A stretch of 64,000 bases of DNA, from positions 166,735 to 230,734 of the forward strand of contig JAWQFM010000007.1 of assembly GCA_033442325.1 (NCBI GenBank), read 5' to 3'. This DNA comes from Salpingoeca rosetta. Lineage: Eukaryota; Protista; Choanoflagellata. Made by a program: the position numbers and the translations under genes. Shown one piece after another: positions 12,701-33,946 of the stretch; the first letter of the stretch is position 1, and every line of letters begins with the position of its first letter. The notes below the pieces were generated by a model that worked only from the letters and a program-made list of their open reading frames with translations, was not told where the DNA came from and searched no databases.

Positions 12701-14644
12701 GGTCGCCGACGTGTTGGCCCAACCGCTTGCTGCGTGTGCGCTCCTCCTCCAGCTCACGAGCACGCGTGGTCATCTGCGCAGTCCACTGCGCAGCTTGCTG
12801 TTGCGTGTGCTGCATGGCTTCACCGCGCGCTTGCGCAAGGTCGTGCCGCAATGCATGCACGTGTGATTCCACATCAGACACCACGCGTTGCAGCTCGTCT
12901 TCACCCTGCTGCCCTGCTGCTTTTGCTGCTTTTGCTGCTGTAGCCGCTGTTGGAGTTTCTGTCTCGCCCTGGCCCAGCGCAGATTTCAGCCGCGCAACTG
13001 CATGGTGCACTTGACGCTGCAGCTCTGAATTTGAGGTCGACAGCCGCTGCATGTCGGCTTCCATGCGCTCGCACCCTTGCAGCGCCGTGTCTCGCTCGAC
13101 ACGCATCTCCTCCAGCTCGGCTTCAAGCTCAGAGATGCGGGTGACGTTCGCATCAAACGTGCGCTGTGCGTCAGTTACAATTGCCCGCAGTCGCGTGACC
13201 TCCGCCACAGCCTGGCGTCTCTCGTCCTCGCGCTGGCGCGCTTCCTCCTCACTCAACTCAAGTTGCCGCTGCTGGTGCTCTTGTTGTTGCTGCTGGCGAT
13301 GGTAGTCTAACAGCTGCTGTTGCAGACGCTGTAGCTCTTGCTCCTGCTCGGCGCTGGTCTCTGTGAGGCGGGCTGCTTCCTGCTTCGCTGCATCCAGCTG
13401 TGCTTGCAGGGCCTTGTTCTTCTCTTCACTGCTCCTCAGTTGATCTTCAACTGCAGCCATTGCATGCTCGTGCTTGCTGCTTGACTCGTCTTGTTTTGTT
13501 TCCAGCGCATCTGTGAGATGGCTCACACGTGTCTCCAACTCATGCACCCTCGCCTGTGCTCGTGCAAGCTCTGCCTGCTGCTGCTGTTGCTGTCGTCCTT
13601 GTTGTTGTTCGTGGGCGGAGGTGTTGCGGTCCTGCCTCTCCTGGTTCAGAGCGGCAGTCAAGTGCCGAATCTCCTCCTGTGCAGCGGCCAGCTCAGAGCG
13701 CAGCGCAAACACATGCGTGCCCTCATCAGCACCGAAGCTGTGCTGCTTGCTGGTGTTGCGGTCGACCTCCCCCTCCCCGCTGCTGAATGCTCCGCTCGCA
13801 GGCGCGTCAGGCCGGTGCGCTGTTGGTCGTGTGACCTCGGGCGTGACAACAACCACGCCGCCACTGCCTACACTGCCGCTGCCTCCAACACGGGCGCTCG
13901 CGCCATCATAGTCGTCGTTTGGCTTTGATGGACTGGGGCTGCCCATGCCTGGGGTGGACGCGCGTCCATCGTGCATGGCAAGCGTGCGACGACGAGACGG
14001 TGGGTTGGACTGGATGGGCGAAGGGCTGCGGGTCGTCATGGCCTGCAGCTCGGCCTCAAGCACATCAATCTCCTGCTGCACAATGCGATATCGCTGCTCC
14101 AACTCCAGCATCTCCTCTGCATCGTGCGCGGCAGTTGTGGAGTCCACAGACGAGTTGCTGTCGTCACCGCTGCTCGTGGTGATGGGCGTGGAGATGGACG
14201 ATGTGTCCAGAATCTCCTGTTCCACGCGCGAGATTTCGCGGCCAATGCTCGACAGGTCTGTGCGGAGTGCATCCCGTGTGCGGTGCAGGGTGGACAGCTC
14301 CGCCTCTGCAGCTTCGAGTTGCGCGCGCAGCTGTGTCGTGCGAGCAGAGATGCTCTCAATCTCGTCGTGTGTCGTTGCCGACAGCAGTTGCTGCTGGTGC
14401 GATGTCAGCTGATTCTGTACGTCCTTCACACGCAGCTCTTGCTCCTGTACGCGCGCAGACACGCTGTCGTGCTCCTCCGAGAACCGCTTTTGCTTTGACA
14501 GCAGCGACTGAAGCTGCCGGTGCAGTGGCTGTGCCTTTGCATTTGATGACGTTGTGCCTGTCTTTGTCGTCGTTGTGTCTGATGAGGGCGAGTTGGTTGG
14601 TTTTGAGAACAAGCGCGACTCCAGCTCGCCACGGCTCTTGTGCT

Positions 14645-14697
<53 letters not shown>

Positions 14698-15469
14698 TTT
14701 GTTTGTGTGTGTGTTTGTGTGTGTGTGTGTGTATGTGTGTGTGTATGTGTGTGTGTGTGTGTGTGTGTGGAAGTGGGAGTGAGCAGATGGGCAAGTCGGA
14801 GATGAAGGCGCTTGATGACTGCATAGACACCAAGAGCATCAAACCAGGAGTGACATATCCCATCACTACATCATGCGCACAACATCGCTCCACCTTCCTC
14901 CCCCCCACCCACCACTCTCGCATCCCAAATAACCCAATTGTCCCTCACCAGATGGGCAAGCTTTTCGCGAATCTCTCTGCAGCGATCCTGCAACCGTTCG
15001 ATCTCTGCATTTGACGCCTCTGGGGTGTCAAACACAAATAGCTTGTACTGCTGCGATTGCTGCTGTTGTTGTTGTTGCTGTTGCTGCTGCTGTGGGTGTT
15101 TCGTTGCCGCTTGAAGCTGCAGCTGATGTTGTCGTGGGCGTGCGCGCGTTTGCGTCCGCTGCTCTTGGTGCCGGTGAATAGGGGGAGGAGGACTGACTCA
15201 TGACACTCGCATTTGCTCGGGGTGGCTGCTGCTGCGTGCGATGCAGTGACAAGGCTGGGTCTTTGTTTGGCGGAAAACAACCCGTGCATTGTGATGCGGA
15301 TGGTAAAGTCCAGCAGATGTGACACGACCTCCCCAAGGTCATAGCGCTGTGTCATNNNNNNNNNNNNNNNNNNNNNNNNNNNNNNNNNNNNNNNNNNNNN
15401 NNNNNNNNNNNNNNNNNNNNNNNNNNNNNNNNNNNNNNNNNNNNNNNNNNNNNNNTGTGTGTGTGTGTG

Positions 15470-15554
<85 letters not shown>

Positions 15555-16280
15555 GCTGCTGCTGCTGCTGCTGTAGGGCTGTACGTGATATGTTGTGGTG
15601 GAAGCTGGTTGCTGAGAGGTGAGAGGAGGAGTGCTCAAAGTCGGATAGCGCGCGACTGGTGTGCATGTCAAACAGCTGCCCCGTCAGCGTTGACACCTCG
15701 GCATCCTTCTCCCTCAACAGTGACACGTGATCGTTCTCGCGTGTCTTCGCCTCCTGCAGCTGCGACCGCGCACGCTGCAGCTCCTCGAGTGCCCGCTCAA
15801 GATCGTTGGACTTGTCCGTGAGCAGTGAGCTGAGGTTTGCGATTGTGTCCTCCATCTCAGATGACTTGGTCTGCGTCTTTGCCAGTGCAGTCTCCAGCGA
15901 CACCTTTTCGTGCCGCGCAAACCGCTTCGTTGCGCTCTGCCGCTGCTCCGATGTGATGCGCTCTCCATCAATGATATCCAGTGCCGGCAGTTCGTAGGTG
16001 GCATAGTCCAGGTAGTGGCCGTGGCAGAAGGGGTTGCCGTGCAACGTGAGCACGGACAGGCTGGCCAACGCTGCAAGATGCTTCAGATCAGACAGGTTTG
16101 CCAGCTCGTTTCGTGCAAGGCGCAGCTCCCTAGATGTTATGTGTGGGCATGTGTGCATATGGTTGTGTGTGTGTGTGTGTGAGTTGGATGAGAAACGCGG
16201 TTGCACCAAGTTTTATGTGTATGCGCGCATTTAAATGTGTGCCTGAGGTCACAAATGGCAGTAACTGAACCCCTGCCCTT

Positions 16281-16356
<76 letters not shown>

Positions 16357-17133
16357 TCACTCACTCACTCACTCACACATGCCGAACAACTGACCTGAGA
16401 AGGCGAAGCGCTTTGATGCCTTCTGGCAGGGTTGTGAGGTGGTTCAACTCAATGTCCAGCACACGCAAGGATGTGAGGCAGAGGATGCTTGTGATGGAGT
16501 GGAGGCGGTTGCGCGAGAGATCCAACACCTCCAAGTGTACGAGCGGTGCCACTTCCTCCCGGCTGATGTTCTCAATCACGTTTGAGGACAGATCAAGCTC
16601 CTTCAGGCTCTTCGCCTCCTTCAGCTTTTCCACATACTGTCACGTGGTGTGTATGTATGTGTGAGTGTGTATGTGTGTATGTATGTAGGAAGCAAAGTTG
16701 AGAATGAAACCTCGTGTAACACGAATGTGTTTGAGCAAGCAAATGTCACACATGCACACACATGCACACACATGCACACACATGCACGCACGCACACACA
16801 TATGCACACACATGCACGCACGCACACACATATGCACACACATGCACACAAACATGCAAGTGCACACATGCAAGTATGCACCTTGATCTTTCCGCGGGGA
16901 AACGTGCGACCGCTCAAGTTGAGCTGGGTGGCCTCTGCCAGGCTTGTGTCCTTGAGTCGCTGGGCCAGTAGCCGCGGCGTGATGTACACGAGCGGTGCCG
17001 CCGCCGCAGACCTCTGCCCAGCCGACCCTGGCGCTGACCCAGTCGTTGTCGCAGGTGGTGTTGCTGTATTGGACGGCACACCACTGCCCCTGCCACCGCC
17101 ATCGCGATGTGCTGGCGTGAACGACGACGACAT
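9778..17133 (-). CDS. CNTRL: Centriolin (CNTRL/CEP110)-like protein: N-terminal LRRs + LRRcap, long coiled coil; multi-exon, spans an N gap
   Basis: Exon 1 (17133-16882) reads YITPRLLAQRLKDTSLAEATQLNLS..GKIK|YVEKL, followed by LRR exons and LHGNPFCHGHYLDYATYELPALDIIDGERITSEQRQSATKRF. This resembles the centriolin N-terminus (YITEALIKKL..SLNLS..KFKYIENL..LVENPV..HYLQFTIFHL..LEGQPVT.QDRQEAFERF). A ~4.2-kb coiled-coil exon (~14630-10358) follows; the last exon (10103-9778) ends EENLALREHLQSLLGATPE*. Confidence 0.8.
15356..15454. other. Assembly gap (N run)
   Basis: Run of n characters. Confidence 1.
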
Positions 17134-17461
17134 CACCACACACAGGCACACAAGACTTACTACTGCTGCTGCTGCTGCTGCTGTCTGTTGCGAGGGCGCT
17201 CGCTCGCTTGTGTTTGGGGGTGGTTGTGCAGCCGCCTCAGTTTTGAATTTCGCTGCTGAAAACGGTCAGCGGCCTTGGCCAAATCAACCAAAGATACAGC
17301 AAATCGTCATTAATGCCATCACAAGCGAAGCAACAACAACAAGAAGAGGAAAGCACCAAGTCAAAGAAAACAACCGCGCACCTCAAGCGTAACCCACAGG
17401 CATCGAGCACGCGTTGACGGTGTCCACTCGATCTGCAAGTCGTGTCGACGCCGTCATCAAG

Positions 17462-22234
<4,773 letters not shown>

Positions 22235-22270
22235 CACGTGTGGATGTGTAGCTTGCGCTCAAGGCACGTG

Positions 22271-22393
<123 letters not shown>

Positions 22394-22479
22394 CTTGCTT
22401 TCAATTTAAACAATAAGCAAGCCACTTGTGCTGACAAATCGAAAGCACCCCACATCGCTTGACGCTGACACGATCCAAG

Positions 22480-22710
22480 ATGGCTGAGAAGCAGGGCTTT
22501 GACTTTGCCATCATCCCGTCCAACACGACGTCGTACGTGTTGCGGGTGCAGCCAGGGCAGGAGATTGTGGGCGCGCTGACGTGGTTTGCCAAGAGAGCCC
22601 GCATGCGCGCAGGGTTTGTTCAGACATGCGTTGGCAGCGTGTCGGAGGCCGTGATTCGCATGGCAAGCGCCACCGCAGACACTGATCAAGCCAATCATGT
22701 AAGCACTGTG

Positions 22711-22749
<39 letters not shown>

Positions 22750-23366
22750 CTGTGTGTGTGTGTGCGCCTGTGTGTGATGTCTGTCTGTGTGTGCCTGTGT
22801 GCCTGTGTGTGTGTGTGTGATGTCTGTGTGTGTGTGTGTGTGTGTGTCTGTCTGTCTGTCTGTCTTTCTGTCTTTCTGTCTTTCTGTCTGCCTGTCTGTC
22901 TGTCTGTCTGTCTGTTTATCTGTGATTGAGTGGACTCACGTGTATGCGATGGATCATCACCACAACGTTCGCTGCCATTGCTGCTTCTCATGACCGCACC
23001 ACTGCCACGCACCTCTCTCCCCGTATACACACGCACACATGACGCTAGATCAAGCGTGTTGAGGGGTGTCATGAGATTGTGTCGCTTGTTGGAACACTGG
23101 CAGTGGACGAGGACCTGTCATACAAACAGCACTTGCACGTGTGCTTGTCGGACAAGGATGGCAACACGATCGGAGGGCACGTCATCTCCCTCAAGGTGTT
23201 CACAACAGCCGAGATTGTGCTTGGGGAGTGCAAGCAGCTCGTCTTCTCGCGACCGCATGACCCTCAAACAGGATACGGCGAGCTGCATGTCGGCGCACGC
23301 GATCCTGATGGCCTCGACTCTACAGCGCACGCCCCACCCTCTCCCAAGAAGCCCAAGGAAGCCTGA
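22480..23366 (+). CDS. Stand-alone PPC/DUF296 domain protein, 2 exons (22480-22698, 23049-23366)
   Basis: YVLRVQPGQEIVGAL...TCVGSVSEAVIRMA...HEIVSLVGTL...HLHVCLSDKDGNTIGGHV...VFTTAEIVLG...DPQTGYGEL are PPC hallmarks (HxH, GGH). The intron is phase 0 GT-AG. Confidence 0.9.
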
Positions 23367-23385
23367 CCTGTGCCATGTGTGATGT

Positions 23386-23530
<145 letters not shown>

Positions 23531-23532
23531 GG

Positions 23533-23630
23533 TCTGTCCGTCTGTCTGACTTATGCCTGTCTGTCTGTCCGTCTGTCTGACTTATGCCTGTCTGTCTGTC
23601 CGTCTGTCTGACTTATGCCTGTCTGTCTGT
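23533..23630 (+). repeat. ~31-bp tandem minisatellite, about 3 copies (CTGTCCGTCTGTCTGACTTATGCCTGTCTGT)
   Basis: GACTTATGCCTGTCTGTCTG recurs three times with a period of about 31. Confidence 0.85.
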
Positions 23631-23760
23631 TCTGCTCGCCACTGCCTGTGTGAGCGCGTGTGCTCCACTTCTCCATCACTTCCAACCCCTCCCCCCCTCC
23701 CGCGCTTCCTGTGCCTCGGCTTCTTGTGCTATCGTTGACCGTACTCCAGCCACTGCTCGT

Positions 23761-27055
<3,295 letters not shown>

Positions 27056-27129
27056 CGTGGGGTGCTGTCCTCGACACCACAATTTTCGAAAGTGGCCGTT
27101 GTAAGTGGCAGTGGTTGGTTGGTTTGGAT
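27056..27129. promoter_or_regulatory. Putative minimal bidirectional promoter/5'UTR region (74 bp between divergent ATGs)
   Basis: The ATG of the TPR gene (27055, minus) and the ATG of the Nkp2-like gene (27130, plus) diverge. Confidence 0.5.
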
Positions 27130-27330
27130 ATGAGTGGAACAGTGGAGGAGGTGCGGGCAGCCGCGGATCGCGTGTTGCGGGACCACCTGCTGGGATCAAA
27201 GCTGTACGACACCTTGACCCTTGACCAGTTCAAGGCGCTTTTTCCCCAGAAATACAGGTGTGTTGTATGTGCTTGTCTGTGTTTCTGTTTGTTTGTGTCT
27301 GTCTGTGTCTGCGTGTGTGTGTGTGTGTGC

Positions 27331-27372
<42 letters not shown>

Positions 27373-28818
27373 CTGTGTTTGGATGACCTTTGTGCTCCGT
27401 CGTGCATTTGCGCGCGAAACCCCATTCACCCACCACCACCCGCTCCCACAACATTTGATGCCCCACTGTGTTGTGTCCACGGTGTAGAGCCATGCTTCCC
27501 CAGCCCACTCCTTTGCACCAACCCCTCCTCCTCGTTACACACACATTCACGCATGCAAACTCTCAACTTCACTCACGCGCACACGCGCGCCCTCTGTAAC
27601 AACAGATCATCGCCGCTTGTGGACGACATCTATGACCTGCTGTTGCAGCGCCGAGATGAAGTGCGACAAGTGGTTGAAGCGAACATCCAGGGCTTCGTGG
27701 ACAACATCAACGTAGGTCACGCCACGACACACTGAACACCACAGCCTCACACTCGCCCACCACACCCACCATCAGCGTGGTACTTTATCTGTATCTTTGT
27801 CCCTGTGCAGTCTCTTGACTTATCTCTCTGCCTCTCTGCCTGTGTGTCTGTGTCTGCCTTCGATCTGTCTCTCTTGCTGTTTCTCTGTCTTCTATCTGGC
27901 CATCTGTCTGTGCGCCTGTTGGAGCCAGGCGCCTGTGTTTCTGGCACACCCTTGTCTGTTGGATTTGTACGACGCCTCGCTTTCGTCCTTGGTCCCACCG
28001 CCATACTCGCTCGTTTCTTCGCACTGTTTGTGTTTGTGTTTGTGCGACAGCTTTCAAGACAAGTACCGAACCTGACGCTCGCCGATGCCATTGCGCTCCT
28101 CAAATCCATCAACGAGAAACACCAGCTCGAGCTCGCACATGTAAGCTCACCCTGAACCAACATAGGGCTCCATAGCATGCGTCCTCCCTCTGTGCAGGAT
28201 CACACACACGCTCACTCACTCACTCACTCACTCACTCACACACACACACACACAAACACACACAAACACACTCTCTCTCTGTCTCACACACACACACACT
28301 CTCTCTCTCTCTCTCTCTCTGTCACACACACACACACACACTCAATCACACCCTCACACACACACACTCAATCACACCCTCACACACACACTCACTCAAT
28401 CACACCCTCTCACACACACACACACTCAATCACACCCTCACACACACACTCAATCACACCCTCACACACACACACTCCCTCCCCCCCCCCCTCCCAATTT
28501 TACCCGCAGGAACGGGCACGATTACAAGAATTGGAGAAGAGGCTATCCCAACAACTGGCGTGGATGGATGGCCCACATGCAAAAGCCCTCGCCCAGCTCA
28601 GCAGAGCGGTGGACCTTGATGCTGCCAAAGTGAGTACACGCTCTTTCCTCCCCCGCCCCATGCAGCGCTTCTCATTCCCCCCCCCCTCTTCTTGCTCCTC
28701 ACCTCACATTATCTCGTGCGACCCCCGTCCATCCCCCCCCCTTGCCTCTTTACCCGCTTTGCTTGTACATGTTCAGGACGTACACCGTACGCTCGTGGGC
28801 CTTTTGGAATCAAGCTGA
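27130..28818 (+). CDS. Nkp2/Cnl2-like inner kinetochore (CCAN) protein, 5 exons, ~160 aa
   Basis: Spliced peptide: MSGTVEEVRAAADRVLRDHLLGSKLYDTLTLDQFKALFPQKYRSSPLVDDIYDLLLQRRDEVRQVVEANIQGF...coiled coil...LLESS*. It resembles the Cnl2/Nkp2 N-terminal pattern (IL.NYLL.S.L..IISLEQF..LFP...R..P.I..LY..L...R......V.ANI). Confidence 0.6.
28341..28470 (+). repeat. Intronic minisatellite (CTCAATCACACCCTCACACACACA), about 5 copies
   Basis: The core CTCAATCACACCCT recurs five times with variable CA spacers. Confidence 0.85.
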
Positions 28819-29841
28819 TCTGCTTGGTGGTACTCCCCAGTTCGGTCACATCACTGCTGCGACCTAACCTGCCTCCGCGCTCCACTATTGAATATCCATT
28901 GCTACACGATTGCTTGATTTGTTTGATTGATTTCTGTTTCGTTTTGAGCCTGTATCCCACACTCAATGTACACAAGGCCGGCCATTCCACTCTGGGCTTG
29001 CTAGCGCCATATGCTTTGCTCCATTTGAGCATATCCCCTGCTTCCCATTTCTTAGTTTTCCTCCCTTGCCCCTCCCCTCTTCCCTCGTTCTGTCCAGCTG
29101 CGTCCGGTTATCCCCCTGCCCATGCGTTCTTCTTCTGAGCACCATTGCAGCATTGCGTGCAGGGCAAGCTCACAATGAACATAAGCGACACCCCATCGCC
29201 GTAATCCCCCAACTTTCTTTCAAGCATGCCTGGGGGTGGAAAACCCACACACTTTTCCCACGCAAACCCTACGCCTTCCTGCCTGTAAAACCGAGTCGAT
29301 CAAACACAAACCCCTGCAAAGACGGCGACCTGCACCCCCTCGGTCCATCTTCTTGCCTTTCTTCCTTTGGCATGTCCACTGTAAACAATGTCAAGCACCA
29401 TGAGCAGCCGACTCTTTTCGTTGCTGCAAGACCATCACCATTCATCGCTGTTGTGGACTCGAGGACTCGGGCCGCCACCATACGCCACCACCCAATCGCG
29501 TGCCTCACTGGCCATCGTCTTTGCAACGTTTGAACGTTAGCCTTCAGGTGACCATGCTTGACTCGCTTGCCATCTTCTGCTTTGTGTCACTGTGCATGTT
29601 GATGTGTTGCCATCCCTACCACCACTTGCCTCTCTCCACCCGCGGTGCTCCAATCACCTCAGAAACCTACCTCATCACCAATTCTTCTTCACCCTGCCTC
29701 TCTAACTTCTTGCTTCATCCTCCTCCTCCTCTTCTTTCCCCTTGTTCTACCCGCCTCCTTGGCTCTTCCACCACATTCCCACCACCACCACCACCACCAT
29801 TAGCGACAACAACAACAACACGGCCTCGCAGAACTGCAAGG

Positions 29842-30924
29842 ATGGACGATGACGTTGGCATGAGCTGGTGGTCACCAGGGAAACATGACGGCGTTCTCTT
29901 CGGCCCTACCTCCCCGCGCTTTATCACACCAGAGAAGCTGGCACACAATCTTCAATCCAGCACACCTTTTCATGAGGCCGTCAACCCCTCGTCTAGTTCC
30001 GCTGCCACTGCATCCCACGCCGCTACAACCAGCACCGCGGCTGCCCACTATGACATGTCTATGTCCGCTGCTGAGCTGTCATACCTTTCCACCACCAGCA
30101 CTGATGCCAGACACGTGTGGCAGAGTGCCAACAGCGAGATCCTCCATCTCCTGGCAACACCACTGCCAGGGTCCATCGACCTCAGCACACCACGTCGCGC
30201 CAGCCTCCTGCCCGCTTCCCACCTCCTCGATCTCAACTCGCCCAGGCCCCTTGACGAGTTCCAAACGATGCCCCCCGCAGCGCTGCCGTCAACCGCCACA
30301 ACATCGACCCCAGCTGGCCCAGCTGCACACGGGTCCCGCACCCGAGCCAGGGAACTCACGTTTGGCAAGCCCGAGACATCACACGCTGAAGACTCCAGCC
30401 TGTTCCTGCCGCTCGATGTCACATCTCTTGACCAAGAAGATCACGGCGGCACCAGCACAGGGGACAATGGCCGCAACAACAACATTGTCATCAGCGTCAA
30501 GAGCAGCGACAATAACACCACCAGCATCAGCAACAACACCATCAGCATCAGCAACAACAACAACATCAACAACAACAGCAACAACAACAACAACAACGAT
30601 GGCGGTGGCGACCTCTATCAAGCAGACCAGCAGAACCTGCGCTCACCTAGACAGAGCGTACTGGATGCCTTTGACGAAGCCCTTGCAGAGTCAATGCAGG
30701 ACGACGATGACAGGGCCCTGGAGCGACTTCTTCGTCGGCTGGACAGACAGTCAGAGGTTGGAGACTTGGATGAGGACAGCGATGATGCCGGTACTGTGCG
30801 TGAATTCGAGGAGACACCCAGAGGGGCTGAAAGCACAGCTAAGGATCCGGCAGTCATGTACACCTACAGCGACCCCCAGAAGAGCGTCTCTGCCGCAGCT
30901 AGAAAGCCCTCCAGCAGCAGCAGC

Positions 30925-30991
<67 letters not shown>

Positions 30992-32892
30992 GCAGCAGAA
31001 ACCGTGATGGGGTGGTGAAAGGTTCCCGTGGCAAGAAGCACGTTGGATCAGCTCCAGCGTCAAAGAAGGTGAAGAAGAAGGCGAAGAAGAAGGCGCCAGC
31101 CACCACAACCGGTGCGAAGAAGATGAAGCAGAAAAGAAATGCGTCCAAGCGTCCTCAGCAGTCAGCAGCCTTGAGGCAGCAAGCCACGACAGCAACGGCA
31201 GCAACAACAGCGGCAACCACAGCAACAGCAGCAGGGGGTAGTAGCAAGAAGAAGAAGAATGGTGTACAAGAAGTGGAGGGTGGTTCAAAGTCAACCATCA
31301 GTGCGGCATTCTCTTCACCATCGCCCTTGTCTTCAAGTTCCATGCCGAAGACAGCCACCCCAACCAAGAAGCGTATGGTCAATGACGAGCAGAAGCAGCG
31401 CGAGTTGCATGTGCTAGTGAATCGGCGGTACCAGACCCGCCACACAGTGTCGAAGCTGCTGAAGAACTGCGACGGAGATGCCGCTACGAAGCAGATGACT
31501 GGCACAACCTCAGTCGAGACCAGCGAGGCAGCCAGCGATCACAGTGTGCAAGGACTGCGACGTTCTCCCCGCAAGTCCACGAGCCCGTACAAGAGGTCCT
31601 CGGCAGCGAACACCGCGAAGAAGGCAAAGCTCGTGCCCGCGCAGAAGAAGAAGCAGCAGGGCACATCCACTGCCACCACAATCAAGAAGAAGAAGAGGAG
31701 GAGGAGGGCCGCCGCACGCCGAAAGCAGCATCGCAGTCGTGCTTCCAGCAACGCGCCGACTCTCAGCGCCCGCAGCGTCAGCATCATCACCCCTGAGGAA
31801 GCGCTAACCATTGCTGGGTTTCAGCCCTTCAGCTTGTATGCGGACAGCAACATCCGCGACCTGTATCGGCTGCTCTTCCAGCTCGCGCAGATGCGACTCT
31901 ACAGCTTCACCCACTCCTGGGTTTCCAAGCGCGACCGTCTGCTCTTCTTTCCAGAAGCAAACGTACGCAACAGCAAACGAGTGCAGTGCGCGCGCAACAG
32001 CCTGGCGGCTACGCGTTCTCCTCGTGTTGTCTTCCGATGTGTTGGGCTGTGGTCTGTGTTGCGCTATGATGTGTTGTGTTGCGTATTGACATCAGATTAT
32101 TGGACTGACGTCATGTGTCTGTTTGTTGATGTTGATGAATCTGCAGGTTGAACTGTCCTTCAAGCGATTTGTAACCGTTCTCCAGGAACATGGCGTGGCG
32201 GTGGAGCACTTGGTAACAAACGCCGACACATTGGGCGACGGCCACTTCCTTGTCAAGCGCGATGAGGTGTGTGTGCGCGCATGTATGTGTTTTGTGTGGA
32301 GGTGTGTTTGCGTGCTTGTGCGTGCGTGTGTGTGTGTTTGCGTGCTTGTGTGTGTGTGTGTGTGTGTATTTGCGTGCTTGTGTGCGTGCGTGCGTGTATA
32401 TGAGTATGTGTCCATGCTTGTGCTCCGTGTGCGTGCGTTTGCTTTGTTGCTGCCTAATGCTAGTCGTTGCTGAACGCGTGCATTTGGCGTGAGGCCCCTC
32501 ACGTTCCCATCCCTTTGCTTTACTCGTAGATTACGTGGAAGCGCCCACAATGCAAATACGTGCGCGGAAAGAATGGTCTCGTGTACCAGGACCGCCGGTT
32601 TGAGGTGTCAAGCTTCCTCTTCTGGCTGTGTGGCGTCACAGAGCCGGAGGAACTGCCGTTCCTCCACAGCCGCCCCGATCAGGTGCCGTCCAATCTCAAG
32701 CTTTGTGGCTGTCTTGATGCCCTTGTGCAACAACATGCCTTCGTTCGAGCTGATGGTGAATGTTCGCGCAGAGCAGAGATGTGCACGATTCTCCTCCTCT
32801 ACACCTCACTTTCACGATGACATGTGCTCTGTGTGCTGCGCTCACTCACTCACACATACACACACACCCTCTCTCACACTCACACACACTCA

Positions 32893-32935
<43 letters not shown>

Positions 32936-33520
32936 TCACTGCATCTGTCGCGGCACACAGCTCAAGCCACGTTGCGAGTTTGGGTTCCACGGTAGCAGGC
33001 GTGGGTTCAAGCACAAGCGCAAGCTGTGCCTCAATCCAGCACACTACACCACGAACGACCTGTCAAACCTCAAGGATTGCTGGAAGACCTGCTTCAAGTC
33101 AAACCCAGCATTCGAGCACGAGATTCGCATGCCAGGCGACAAGGCACTCTGCTTCTGCGATGTCAGTGAAAGCGAGAGTGAGAGCGAGAGAGAGAGAGAG
33201 AGTGTGTGTGTGTGTGTTGGTACATGGTTGTTTGTGTTTATGTGTGAGTGTAAGTACATGTTTGTTTGCACGTGGGCGTGCGCGTTGGTTGTACTCATTG
33301 ATATCATGCTCACACTGAGGTTCGTTTATTACACGTTGGCATGGTGCAGGAGTGTCACGTGCGCAGCATGTGGCTTGTGTCCAAGATCAAAGGGTATCAG
33401 ATTCCAAAGGAAGTGGACGAGCAAGTGAAGCGCACAAGCACTCCAGAGTTTCTCGAGAGCGTCTCCACGTACATCTCCCGCGTCATTTACTCTCCCGCAT
33501 TCCGCAACGCACGCGCCTAA
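29842..33520 (+). CDS. Uncharacterised, probably nuclear protein: long low-complexity N-terminus, basic NLS-like tracts, C-terminal Smad-MH1/His-Me-finger-like Zn domain. Exons 29842-31962, 32147-32266, 32530-32682, 32961-33161, 33350-33520
   Basis: All four introns are phase 0 GT-AG and give an open frame to TAA 33518-33520. The C-terminal region contains QC...PFLHSRPDQLKPRCEFGF...LCLNPAHY...CWKTC...H...CFCDECH. The start codon is uncertain. Confidence 0.75.
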
Positions 33521-33552
33521 CCAAGAGGTCAGCCGCGCACCTTATTGTAGTT

Positions 33553-33782
<230 letters not shown>

Positions 33783-33946
33783 TGTTGTAGTAGTAGTTGT
33801 TGTTGTAGTTGTTGTTGTAGTAGTTGTTGTTGTAGTTGTAGTTGTTGTTGTTGATGTTGTTGTTGTTGTTTTGCTGCGCTATGTCCCACCATCGACACCA
33901 CCACCAGTGTCATCACCACCGCCACTACCACCAATCGCTGCACATG

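Noticed and set aside
28341-28470. Short repeat arrays (also 23533-23630 and 48700-48820) as CRISPR-like or telomeric arrays
   Set aside because: The spacers are not unique; they are slippage-derived minisatellites built from the surrounding CA/CTGT repeats, with no TTAGGG units.
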